Under the pieces are notes generated by a model. The model was not told where the DNA came from and made no database searches. It saw only the letters and a list, made by a program, of their open reading frames with translations. 64,000 nucleotides of DNA from Tubiluchus corallicola (lineage: Eukaryota > Animalia > Priapulida): NCBI GenBank assembly GCA_030141605.1, contig JAQGDQ010000947.1, positions 14,080 through 78,079 on the forward strand, read 5' to 3'. The position numbers were made by a program, and so were the translations under genes. Shown piece by piece: positions 11,810 through 23,395 of the stretch (position 1 is the first letter of the stretch; the number at the start of each line of letters is the position of its first letter).

Positions 11810-12343
11810 CCGTATTCATTGGAGTATAACGCGCACCCCTAATTTTCGATTCAAAATCGGCTCTGACCAAGCATTCTAAGTGACAAACGTTGTTGAACAC
11901 GTGCGGCCATGATAAAAATCGTTTATTGACAATGTAAAGTAAACTATGAACATCACAGGGGATAACAAGAATTCTTGGAAATGACACCGTATGACAAAGT
12001 CTGCTGATGATGCAAATATTATTGATTATTTCCTTAGCTATGCCTCGCCTCTGCAGCGAGTGTTGCGCATGAGCCATTGAGAATTATTTATTTTAGATCC
12101 ACAACGTCCACGCAAGGATACTGTTACTAAAAATAGACCATAGGCGTTTTGTGGGTCGAGAGATGTTGTTGCATTCAATGCTTTGCGATTGTGGTCAGCG
12201 ATTCTTCGACTAATGAGTCATTGCACAAATAATATATTGATACATCTAAGCATGTCACCCCAGCCCTCGTTTATAACGTGCACCCAAACTTTGAGTTCTT
12301 TTTTCGGTAGAAAAGTTTGCGCGTTATACTCGAATAAATACGG
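11810..12343. mobile_element. pogo/Tc2-type MITE (CCGTA termini); partial mirror at 1-413
   Basis: TA|ccgtattcattggagtataacgcgca ... tgcgcgttatactcgaataaatacgg|TA. Confidence 0.85.
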
Positions 12344-12512
12344 TAAATCTATGCTACTGACATACACATTCTTTAACAACAGACCATAATGATGACTGTG
12401 CTGAGCACTTACTAAGTGTCAATTTTTGGTACATTTCTATTGCGTAATTGCTCCGTTATTTCTACATATTTGATAAACGAATATCATGCATAGTATGCTG
12501 AAAAACTGTTAC

Positions 12513-12686
12513 CATTTCGGCCTTGCGCAGATCCCAAATAAGCACATTTTCACAGGCAGCAACAGCACAGAATTTTCCCATTTGTGCTCGCAGCTCAACA
12601 TATTTAATGTTGCTCTTATGACTGCCGATGAGTCCAAATACAGAAGTGGGGACGTAACGCAAATACTGCTTTGTTATACCCATCAT
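12513..12686 (-). CDS. WDR3: WD repeat-containing protein 3 (UTP12/DIP2, SSU processome), coding exon 1
   Basis: MMGITKQYLRYVPTSVFGLIGS...LIWDLRKAEM matches the characteristic WDR3 N-terminus (MGLTKQYLRY). An acceptor lies 4 nt upstream of the ATG; donor gtaaca. Confidence 0.95.
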
Positions 12687-12818
12687 GTACCTGAAATATT
12701 AAAAAAAGTAGTAAGTGAAACATGAATAGAATGGCAACATATGCAGGCGCAACAGAATGAAACATTTCTTTGCCTCTCAGAATCACTCATTTGCCTAATG
12801 GTATTACTCAACAATTAC

Positions 12819-13466
12819 CATCACCAACACGAGATCTATTCATCACCAACACGCGATCTATTCATCACCAACATGAGATCTATTCATCACCAACATGAGA
12901 TCTATTCATCACCAACACGAGATCTATTCATCACCAACATGAGATCTATTCATTACCAACACGAGATCTATTCATCGCCAACATGAGATCTATTCATCAG
13001 CAACATGAGATCTATTCATCACCAATATTGAGATCTATTCATCACCAACATGAGATCTATTCATCACCAACATGAGATCTATTCATCACCAATATTGAGA
13101 TCTATTCATCACCAACATGAGATCTATTCATCACCAACATGAGGTCTATTCATCACCAACATGAGATCTATTCATCACCAACATGAGATCTGTTCATCAC
13201 CAATATCGAGATCCATTCATCGCCAATGTGAGATCTATTCATCGCCAACATGAGATCTATTCATCACCAATATTGAGATCTATTCATCACCAGCGTGAGA
13301 TCAATTCATCACCAACATGAGATCTATTCATCACCAATATCGAGATCCATTCATCGCCAATGTGAGATCTATTCATCGCCAACATGAGATCTATTCATCA
13401 CCAATATTGAGATCTATTCATCACCAGCGTGAGATCAATTCATCACCAACGTGAGATCTTTTCATC
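12819..13466 (+). repeat. ~22-bp minisatellite (gagatctattcatcaccaacat), ~29 copies
   Basis: Direct tandem repetition with 22/23-bp variants and no unique spacers. Confidence 0.95.
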
Positions 13467-13528
13467 GTTAGTCATCAAATAACAGCATATCTTAAACATA
13501 TCTTACATGATGTGAATATTCTAGCATG

Positions 13529-13640
13529 TATGCCCAAGAACATTCTGTACAGCAAACTCGCCACTGGCTCCAGACCCACAGGGAGGCCACTGCTCCGCTA
13601 CAAAGATGTATGTAAACAGGACCTCAAGGCAGGCGGCATT
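13529..13640 (+). mobile_element. RTE-like LINE ORF2 C-terminal fragment
   Basis: MPKNILYSKLATGSRPTGRPLLRYKDVCKQDLK resembles the RTE-clade PKxxLYG..G.R..GRP..RWKD tail. Confidence 0.7.
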
Positions 13641-13899
13641 ATGATACCACGTACTGTTTGGCCTGACAAACTATGCATTTAGCTTCAAACTGTATTCATC
13701 AAAATTATTGTGTATTGTGCACGTGTATATGCTAGCTGCTAAAGACTTCTTATTTTATTTGTATTATCTGGACTATATCGCATTGTATTTACTTTACTGG
13801 ATAATTATCTGTATTGTGGTGATAATTGTAAGATGCAGTGTGGAAAAGAATACACTCTTAAACTATTGATGAACCTTATAAAGCAGGTCGAAAACATCT

Positions 13900-14130
13900 G
13901 TGGTCTATTCTTACAGCATTGCTTAGACTGTTAAATGTTTTTAATACTGTACAAAACCCTTGTATGGCTGAATGTACGCCCAGTAATGGAGTATGGAGAC
14001 AGTCAGACGAAATATGGTAATCAGTTAAGTTAGAATATATTAGAAAGGTAGAAACCATCCAGAGTCACACAACGAAACTGGTACCAGGACTGCATGATCT
14101 ATCATACTCCAAACATATGCAGAGATTGGA
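13900..14130 (+). mobile_element. Degenerate CR1-type LINE fragment
   Basis: VRPVMEY... and KVETIQSHTTKLVPGLHDLSYSKHMQRL resemble CR1 ORF2 LEKVQRRATKLVPGL..LSY..RL. Confidence 0.65.
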
Positions 14131-14559
14131 ACAAGTTGCGCACACATGTCAGGTCACTTTAAAAGACATTTGACAAATGATGGTGGGCAGACCATCCGGA
14201 GAAATAAAATAAAACCTTTCAAACCGAGTAGACGCTAGAGGCGTTGCAGTAATCATCATTTCTACGTGTCACAGCAGACAGCGAAAAATTCAGACGTTAA
14301 TTGCTTCACGTTTGTACATGCAACCAGTTTAGTACGAAAATGGAGAAAACAATGGGCAAAAAAGCCGATGCTTCGCCTAGTACATTACGGAATAACATCG
14401 ATTATTAATCGAATCATATAATACAGTATTATTATTTTAATACAAATCATCATAATTATGCCCATCACGTCTACTGTAGACAATGGGCAGGCAGAATTCC
14501 AAAATAAAGAAATCTGTCCTAAAGACTGGTAAACACAGCAATTTAATGTAGCAAAAAAA

Positions 14560-14735
14560 CACAAGCTATACCAGTGGCTTGTAAGCACTACTTCCCAGGT
14601 ACGGGTAGGATTATGCACAGGACACGTGAAAACCGCGAATGAGCTATGGAAAACGCCATTTGCGTGACGTCAGAGCAAAAGTTCTGAAGTTAGCGTTTAG
14701 GTTGTATATAAATTCGTTATTCTTCTGCGTAAGTA
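14560..14735. promoter_or_regulatory. Candidate (possibly bidirectional) promoter between WDR3 and MRPL19
   Basis: Locally CpG-richer; E-box CACGTG ~14623, CGCCATTT (YY1-like), perfect CRE TGACGTCA 14665-14672, and a downstream gtaagt donor. Motif-level evidence only. Confidence 0.25.
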
Positions 14736-14831
14736 CATATCGAAGTGTACAAAGAGGAAGAACGAAAATTAAATAATTCGCACACGCACGCATGCACACA
14801 ACAAGAATTGCATGATACAGTGCTTCATATA

Positions 14832-15055
14832 TTCAATTCAATTCAAAACGTGTATTTATTTCCATATTCATGATATAACTGAGGCAAGTAAATGTATTTA
14901 ATTTTCTCAATGGAAATACGATGGTGAAAGACCAAGAGGGTCAACTAGTCAAGCCATCCTTCAACGGATGTATGTGATTATTGGGATGACACTGTAACTA
15001 TTTCACTCATGAATAGTAGTGAAATTACATTGTTACTATTTTACTTAGCAACTTG
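14832..15055 (-). mobile_element. LINE/SINE 3' end with (TTGAA)n tail; second copy at ~30760-30990 (+)
   Basis: ~220 bp shared in inverse orientation, ending AATAAA...ttgaattgaa. Confidence 0.7.
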
Positions 15056-17031
15056 ATCTGTTTAAAATTCTCTAATCAACTTTAAATAACTGAAGGATGA
15101 AAATGCAATCAAAGATATCTAAACATACAGGAAAATGATAAACAAAAAGCAATGGTAAGCAAAAGCCAAATAATGTGGTACAAATGAATAAAAAATGATC
15201 AAAATTCAAGCTGTCATAATTTTATAACTAACTCCAACTCACAACAAAGGCCAACGTATGATTATATGCTTTTTAAACATTTTTTAACTTGGAATTAACA
15301 AAACATGCAGATGCTCAGATTAGGTTTTGTTCTAGAAAATTATTTGCTCTTCTAAAAAATCGATTTTTTTCTATGAAAGGTATTACGCATGAAAGTCAGG
15401 CCTAATATTTCCTGATAAGAACATTAAATAGGAATGTTTTTTCGAAAAAATATTTCTGCAGAAATCGAATACTACATGAGCCAGGTATTTGCAAACTTTC
15501 TTTTTGATCAACTTTCTTAATTTCTTTTGCAAATAAGCCTATTAATTTTTATGAGATATGATTATAATAATTTTTATTTTAACTACTAATTATTCTTAAT
15601 GCCTTATGCTTGCTTTAAATAATATTCAAAAATATAACAGGTGCTATAAATCGCTAAAAAGAGATGTAGGCTTAGCAGTCTTTGCTTAGTGTACAAAATA
15701 TTTAACTTGTAACAAAAAGTTACTGAACTGTCGCTAGGGCGACACTAACTGCGCGAACTACTGCGCAGTATGTTTCCCTACTTTCTGTGGTTTATAGTCT
15801 TTGTACATATGTATATTCATAATCTTTACTTAAAGTCGGGTGTTCAACAGAAGAACAGCCAAATAGGCTATTCATACCGACTAAACTATAGTATGCTAAA
15901 ACAATTTACTAAAATAGACACACACTATTACTCAAACTGGAAATAAAATCAAAAAATGAAAAAGGGGTATTATAAAAAAGTATGCAAAATATAAAAATAA
16001 AATCATACAAGGATAAAAACAAGCCGGCCACAAATATTTAAAAAGGTGTGCATCACTTAATTCTGAGAATATGAAAGATTATATGGAGATAAAAAAACAC
16101 TAAAACTGATCCATTAAAATAATGAAGATACAGTGTACTTAAGAATAATTAACACAAATTAGGTAGCACAAGCTGAGCACCTACATGTGTCCCCACTCCA
16201 TTTGTTAATTTGCCTCAAGAAATCATATAATTAGTTTGTACACTAACTCTACGAGTTAGTTTGTTTACCTTCGGAATATAATGCCACAGGAAAAGCAATG
16301 GCACAGATCGAAAGTAGGTAAAATGGCACAGGAAAAATGGCATTGTAAAAATGGCACAGAAACAAATCGCACATGTTACATGTACAATTCAATTCAATTC
16401 AGTTTTATTTGTACAAATACATACAATGTACATTGGCAAAGCAATGCACGTAAATACTACATAACCCATTGAATACTGCATAAACTGGCTGTGTGCAAGG
16501 TTATTTTCATAAACAAAATTTAATTTTAAGATATAGTATACTGATACTAACATCACAGTTACATAAAAATTGTGTAACTTTAGCAATAGAAAAAAAGACC
16601 CAAAAGTAGTAGTTTAGTAGGTATGTGTACCAGCTTTTTGTTTCAACGAAAGTTGAAAAAAATTGGTTAGAATCTGCTGCCAGATTTCTTATTCCAGAAA
16701 TGGATTACAAATGGATTAGAAATCTCAAATAATTCGGTCTGATTCATATATTCGAAAGTCTCTAATTCGATTAGATTCTAATTTCTTATCATCTTATCTA
16801 GGTGCTTGCTAGGGTCGATGGCTCGACGCCTCTACAGGCCTACCAGTACATTTGTATTTTCCCTGGGTTGTGCTTATAATTCATTTAATGCCACTGGACT
16901 TGATTAGCGATCGTCGTGTTTAATTTTCAACTTTGCTGTTTCGCTTTTGCCAATAACGAGGTCCGATTAGCGTATGCTGTAAAATTGCTGTTTTTGCGAG
17001 CGACCTGCTGAACTTGCTTGTTCTGCTAATT

Positions 17032-17131
17032 ATGGCTTCTTTTTGTAAATTCTGTGGCAGTTTGATATCTGATGGTGTACGTAATTTGTCGAGAAGCAAG
17101 AGATGTATCCGCATGTTGACGCCAAAGACTT
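17032..17131 (+). CDS. MRPL19: Mitochondrial ribosomal protein L19 (bL19m), coding exon 1 (presequence-like)
   Basis: MASFCKFCGSLISDGVRNLSRSKRCIRMLTPKT, strong T|gtaagt donor, phase 1 joins exon 2. Basic/hydroxylated composition fits a mitochondrial targeting peptide. Confidence 0.7.
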
Positions 17132-17639
17132 GTAAGTGAGAAATATTAGTATGTTATTTGTTAACATAAAGTGGAGTTTAAAGCAAAAGCCAAGTTTATC
17201 TGGAAGCTGAGCTTTTTTGAGGAAAATTATAGAAAGTTTCAGCCATAAAAATGCAATACGCGCCTCGTGTAATTAGTAAAATCAATTTGAAGTCCCAACA
17301 CGTCACGCTTGGACGCGCTCATTTTGGCGAAAAATGGCGTCATTTGGTTGTCGTGCAGTACTAATCCCACCAGGTACTTGAGCAATCTTTTTATTGACTT
17401 ATACTTATAGAGCGAACTCTATCGACTACTATATGCTCGCAAGTTTTCGTGCGTGTCTGAAAGTCAACAAAAATCTGAAAATTACTTATAGGTTCTCCTA
17501 GGTTGATTTGTATTTTTGTATATTTTATTCTTAAATTATTGTAAATTTATGGAGTAAAATAAAAATTACTTACTTGTACAGTTAATATATGCTACTTGCA
17601 CATTTTAAGGTATTATCCTATGGATTAAAGTTGTGTAAC

Positions 17640-18796
17640 AACTTTAAATTGATCCAATGACTAATTTTTATATAAAAGTCGGCTGCCTCATCTTCTTGCG
17701 AAGAAATTGGCTTAAAAGGTTCTCATAATCATAAAAACATTGAAAATCTGTTGCTGTGTGATGCTCGTATTCTCATAAAACATTTAGCAGTTGGCGGTGC
17801 CTTTGTTTTCTCGCAAGTAGTTTTGTCGTCCTCTGTATGTTTGTCTTGACACGCACTTGCTATGGTGATGATTTTGTGTTCCGTTATTTGCGGTGTAACT
17901 TGAATGACCGAATCAATTTGCACCCAGATTTCGAATTCGATGCTGCTCATACCAGGTGGTGATAGGCTTATCCCTTGCAACATAGTAAGAATTTCATTAT
18001 CAGTTTTCTTCAGGCATGTGAATCGTACGTGACTGAAACAGTTCTGAATAGAGTGTTGACTGAATTGAATTGCTCCATGACATAGCCAATAGATGCAGTG
18101 TGTTCAGAAAACTTTTTTTAGCCATGTCATTTGCACTTAATTGATGAGCTGCATCATCCGAATCCATTGCTTCTAACACTTTCGCCCGCATTTCTCTTCT
18201 ATAGTATGCCTTCAGTGTTGGAATAATACCCTGATCTCACAGCTGAATGAGTTGTGTGGCGTTTGTTTACCAGTAAAAACAGCATTTCTTGAACGTTCAG
18301 ATGCTAGATTCTCATTTTGGCTTGCTGACTGTTTAACTTGTGATAGTTTCTTTCAAAATTCTGCCAATAGTTTGGGAACTTTTCAACTGCGCTGCTGCAC
18401 ACCACCTCTGTCCGGAATTTTCAGAAATTTATCGTGCCACTCTAAAATTTTCAGTTTTTCCTTAACTGTTAAATCCTTAAGCTTATGCTCCATTTTCAAA
18501 CTTCTGAACTCTATGCTGTTATTTCATCTATGATGTTTACTCTTGTCAGCCACACGGAGTACCAGCTGATTACAGTTCCTGCATCTTTGACAGTTAACTG
18601 AAGTCGCGTGATTTGCTTAAAAGCCACTCAAATTGAAACCAATAGACAAGTGATTAAATATTTAGTTTCTAGAAATTGTTGGGTAATGAGGTTAATTGCA
18701 GTGGATGAGCAGGTAACAGATTCAAATCAAAACTGCTGTGCTTGCGTATTAGCACATGACAAACGTAGCTGCTTACAAACAACACTGCTTACTTAC
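17640..18796 (-). mobile_element. Internally deleted, decayed Tigger/pogo transposon with transposase relics
   Basis: Psq-type HTH relic MEHKLKDLTVKEKLKILE (~18495-18430); DDE_1 relic TQLIQL*DQGIIPTLKAYYRREMRAKV (~18255-18180); C-terminal PPTAK motif; stops and frameshifts. Confidence 0.8.
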
Positions 18797-18802
18797 AACA
18801 AC

Positions 18803-19708
18803 TTAAGTTGTTATTTTGCATTTTAGTATCTTTGTCATGGCAGTTCTGTGGCTTGTGCTGAATGCTGCATATATTACTGGATTAATGGCGCTATTTGCAT
18901 AAACCAGCCATATTCCAGGTGCAAACTTATCCCTTGTTATACACTTGCATTTTGCATTGATTATTGGCACAATTATAGACGGCAACCAGAAAACAATAGC
19001 AGCAAGCACCACAGCACCCAGAGTTTTTGTCGCCTTTAGTTCTTTAAGCTGTCTCATCGCGCCCTGTGAAGGTTGTTGACTTTGGTCGTCTACACGCTGC
19101 GCTTGTCGCCATGCTGCTTTCCACACGACAGCAGTTAACGTAATCGTCACCAGAATTACAGGAATCATCAGCATTTCAAAAAGAGCGAAAAGAAACGGTG
19201 TCAAATGTGGTGTAAGTAAAGTCGCTCGCACGTATCCCGTGGTTGTTCCCGTTATCCAAATCCCAGCTATGGATAGTGACACCATTTTTGTATTCACGTA
19301 GACATTGCATCTTAGAGGATGCACGATTGTGATATACCTCTCCACAGCTATCAGTAGGATGTGATATACGCTTACTGTAGTTGTTGAAAGACCTACAAAT
19401 GGTGAGAGTTTTTGAAATACTCTTATCCTTCTAGAGAAGTCGCGGGCAATTAGGAATGGTAATGCAAAAGCACCAACCATCAAATCTGCCGCTGCTAGAG
19501 ATACAATGATGGCATTTTTTCGAGTGTGTAGCAATTTTGTGTTTGCTATGGCAACCAGTACAAGTGTGTTTCCTACCACGGTAATTACAGAGATTATGCT
19601 CGAGATGATTACTTCAACAATACTGGCTTTGTAACTAGGAACAATATCTGCTTCTCCGAAGCTGTTTGTAAAATTGCTGTTGTTGCCCAGCAACTCCGGT
19701 TCTGACAT
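18803..19708 (-). CDS. Intronless rhodopsin-family (class A) GPCR, orphan, ~301 aa, nested antisense in an MRPL19 intron
   Basis: Seven hydrophobic segments with GN (TM1), SLAAAD (TM2), ERY (TM3), W (TM4), FWLP (TM6), NSAINPVIY (TM7). N-glycosylation sequons NNS/NFT. First ATG at 19708. Confidence 0.92.
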   Translation of the reverse strand: MSEPELLGNNSNFTNSFGEADIVPSYKASIVEVIISSIISVITVVGNTLVLVAIANTKLLHTRKNAIIVSLAAADLMVGAFALPFLIARDFSRRIRVFQKLSPFVGLSTTTVSVYHILLIAVERYITIVHPLRCNVYVNTKMVSLSIAGIWITGTTTGYVRATLLTPHLTPFLFALFEMLMIPVILVTITLTAVVWKAAWRQAQRVDDQSQQPSQGAMRQLKELKATKTLGAVVLAAIVFWLPSIIVPIINAKCKCITRDKFAPGIWLVYANSAINPVIYAAFSTSHRTAMTKILKCKITT

Positions 19709-20169
19709 CTCAGTTTTCCGCTCGTAGAACACAATTTCTTTTCACAGTTTTTTAATTGTAGTTTTCATTTAATCGTCTTCCTACATTACATTTTCACAAC
19801 CCGTTTTCACCTTGTTCACGTTTACGATAGATTTTATTATAAGTATTGTTTTTTAATTTCTCCGGTGAAAATGCCATGCATCTGAATCCGAGACCTTAAT
19901 ACAAGTTGCAACATTTACTTTGAAACCTGCACCATTTACATATGCATTACAGTTGCCTTTACCAATAGATGCAAACATTTTGCTTCACATGCTTTGGTAT
20001 TGTTGTATTAGCTGTACAAATAATTGGTGGATATGCCTACAATGACAAATGCTATGGATTATTAATCAACATGCGAAAATGTTTTCTTTCTGCTCTATCC
20101 AATGTTTTTATGTTAACTGTCATGTACTCCGTTCAAGCTCAGCTGTCATTTTTAACTTCTTTTGTACAT

Positions 20170-20765
20170 GATCGGATGAACTCTTTCACTGCTAAGCGTG
20201 ACCGAAATGCTCCTAGGTGTGAAGAGTCTTCAGTGCATGTTGGAGATTTGTGAAACTTACGCCAGCAAATATTCCCTTAATTTTGTTAATATTCATGGGA
20301 ACAAAGTAAAATATAAATGTATGTTATTCACTCTCCGCAATCCTCATCATTTACGTAATAGGGAACCACAGGTATTTCTCGATGCACCTTTAACTTTGCA
20401 TAAAACTCTCATTTAGGTCATATATTAACTTCTGACTTGTCTGACAGCGCTGTTATACCTTGTTCAAAAAATGTTTTTGTTTTTAGGGCCAATAGTGTTA
20501 TTTCGAATTTCTATCTGGTTAGTTTTAAAGTGAAAATTAAAATAGTCCAGATGATTTGTCAGTTACTTTGCGGATCTCATGCCTGGAAACTTATCAGTTG
20601 CAATATTGAAAATATTAACACAGCTTGGAATATTGCTGGGAGAAAAATTTGGAATTGATCATATCACAGTTGTCGCTATTTGTTACCGTTTGTATGCAAT
20701 ACTAATCATCCTAGTAGTGTGGCATGTCATAAATCTTTCGTTAAGATGTATGTTAAAAGTTTACA
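20170..20765 (+). mobile_element. Degenerate LINE reverse-transcriptase/ORF2 fragment
   Basis: SLQCMLEICETYASKYSLNF resembles the post-YADD segment of CR1/L2-group RTs; many stops. Confidence 0.6.
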
Positions 20766-20774
20766 TAGCACTTA

Positions 20775-22629
20775 CCAACCCAGTCTGCCCCTCAAAATGC
20801 ATGAAACCCAAGGCCTTTTGGCTTTCTCGGGTATGACAGCTGCACAGCAAACAATGTTGTCGATCCTCTTTTGAATTTTTCCAATTGTGACCAAAGGGAG
20901 TCGTCCTTTAAATGAATGTCTTGCCATCAAATCCATCAGCAATATAAACATCTGTTTTGGTGAACATACATCGACATCCAATGTTTTAACTTCGTTTTAA
21001 TTTAAAACGTAAAATACAAATATGGTAAAGCCGTGGACTTCGTAAATGCAGTGGTCATCACTTGTATTTTTAAAAAATTTTTGTTCACCGCCACCGCTCT
21101 CCTACTGCTGCTGCTCCTCCTGCTGGCGCCATCTATCCACTAAAAATTCAAACTCATACATCCCGCACTTCTCCATTCTTTTCAGCAGCATCAAGAACAA
21201 GTAGCGGGATAAGCATATCAGCTTCATCATGAGAATGATGGCCGATAGACTGGTCATACACATCTGGTTTATTAGCAAGTGTCGAGATTCCATATACTAC
21301 CACTGAGTCCTGATCTCTTTTCTCAAAAACACAAAGCAACGCTTTTCCCAGGTGTACAGTCAGATCCACTTTGGTTTCAATGTGTCACAGAAAGGTTTTG
21401 AGTTGCACAAGCTCGTGGTGTCATAAGTCCCGTGCTTCTCTTTGACATTGTCTCAGATTTTGGTGAGTCTTTGATGTGGCAGCCAAAGATAACCCTTCGC
21501 TCTGTGTAACGTCTCATGATCTTATCAATTGCTTGCAGGTAGATTTCTGCAAGTCGTACCAGTTTGCCGTGCTTGGTTCTTTCTTAAATACTTCGGACAA
21601 CAACCATGGCATAGATAATGCACATTTTTTCTTAATCCATTCCCTGAAACGTATCTTGTAACATCTTTTACTTCTGAAGTGAAATTCTACGAAGGAATTT
21701 TCGCTGTAGTAATTAGAAGTTTTTAACCAGAACAAGGACTTTGGGATAACAGAGAACTCAGAACTGCCATTGGTGTCGCCTAACGTCTCTCCAAATTCAG
21801 GGCTTGACTCTTGTACAAATTAAAAGGCGAGCCAACAGTTGTCGCGGAGCTTTACCACCTTCTCCTGTACTTTGCATGCAATCTTCCTTTGACTGGGTGC
21901 AAAGTTGTATAGGCCGGCCTTTCCTCAAAAATGACAATATCAGTTTCATCTTCGGCACTGTTAAAACATCCTACTAGTCATTTTCTTTTATGTGAGAACT
22001 GTGACCTAGCTGTGGGTCCTTGAAAAATCCTAAACTCGCCAGTTTGTGCTACTAGATCCGTTTGTTCAGTAACACCAATATGCAATATTTAGTCTTTTGT
22101 ACTTAATATTACTAAATTTGTCCTATTTTGGTTCCCAGAAAATGGAAGTCTGGGCAAATAGAATCATACGCAGAGAGAAACTAAGTTCATATTTGTATAC
22201 AGCACTCTATAGCACCTCATTCTAGTAAGTTTCAGACTTGTACATTAAGTAATTGGAGTGTGCCCTACTTCTGGGCCAGAAGGAATACCGTAAAATGGGT
22301 TTCTGGGGCAATTGGAACCTTTCTTTTGAAGAAGCTAATATCAGATTAGCATTCAGCATCATAAAATACCCTTTCCTGCGATTTTTATGTATGTCTTTAT
22401 ATAGTCAACAATGGGGCATTCCTCTGATCTGCTTCCCAACTGAAAATGGCCCCCTCAAAATGGCACCCAATTTTTTTGGTCTGTGGGGTCACAATCCCTT
22501 ACTTTTAAAAAAAATTAATTTTAGCACAAAAATCCCGCAGGAGCCAAAGATCGGACATAAGGAACCTTACTATTATTAAAAGGTGATTTCGGTAATCCAT
22601 TATACATGTCTGTATATTTTCTTCATACT
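20775..22629 (-). mobile_element. Decayed Academ-like (XPG-nuclease-encoding) DNA transposon fragment
   Basis: HSHDEADMLIPLLVLDA (HEEADT-like), DVDVCSP..FILLMDL, and frameshifted LGFHAF..GADW (XPG/FEN1-like). Putative TAG terminus at 22629. Confidence 0.55.
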
Positions 22630-22905
22630 ATGTCTATATACTTCATGACGTGTAAAGTGGCATTTACGTAGCATCCGGATGCGGAATAGATAAAATCAGT
22701 TTATATTGTTTTCAATACACCAGTTTATCCATCCTGAGTATGCATTATTTTTTTTCTGCAGCTATTTCCTGTTGATTTTTTTCCGCAGATTGTCCTGCAC
22801 GTCGAAAACGCATCCGCATGCTACACACACACCGCTTTAATTGGCTTCTAGATACATTTACATGTGCAGTTCATCACAGTTGCAGTTTATAAATGTTTTA
22901 TGTAG

Positions 22906-23014
22906 GCTTCAAAAGACCGTTGTCAACATCCACACAAATAGTTGCATCAGGACCACCGAGTACGTCAGAAAATGCAGAAAAAGAATCTTTAGAGGCTGCC
23001 CCTGCCCATTACAG
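22906..23014 (+). CDS. MRPL19: MRPL19 coding exon 2
   Basis: tgtag|GC..AG|gttggt; CFKRPLSTSTQIVASGPPSTSENAEKESLEAAPAHYR; phases fit both neighbours. Confidence 0.75.
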
Positions 23015-23061
23015 GTTGGTTGTACTTATGTACGAGAAAATCCACTTTGTGTATAGTTGAT

Positions 23062-23395
23062 AATGCACTATTGCACAAAATGTTTTATGTATTACAAATT
23101 CATGCACTATTGCACAAAATGTGTTATGTGTTACAAATTCATGCACTATTGCGCAAAATGTGTTATGTGTTACAAATTCATGCACTATTGCACAAAATGT
23201 GTTATGTATTACAAATTCATGCACTATTGCACAAAATGTGTTATCTATTACAAATTCATGCACTAGTGCTCAAAATGTGTTATGTGTTACAAATTTATGT
23301 ACTATTGCACAAAATGTGTTATATATTACAAATTCATGCACTATTGCACAAAACATGTTATGTATTACAAATTCATGCACTATTGCACAAATGTT
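23062..23395 (+). repeat. 39-bp minisatellite, ~8.5 copies
   Basis: Unit atgcactattgcacaaaatgtgttatgtgttacaaattc. Confidence 0.95.

Larger units (their letters stand above)
7200..12222 (-). repeat. Right arm of the large inverted repeat
   Basis: Reverse complement of 1-5021 with patchy SNPs/indels. Confidence 0.97.

Noticed and set aside
12819-13466. Possible CRISPR array (also the arrays at 35284, 36833, 43548 and 60722)
   Set aside because: Units are head-to-tail without unique spacers, there are no cas genes, and the context is eukaryotic.
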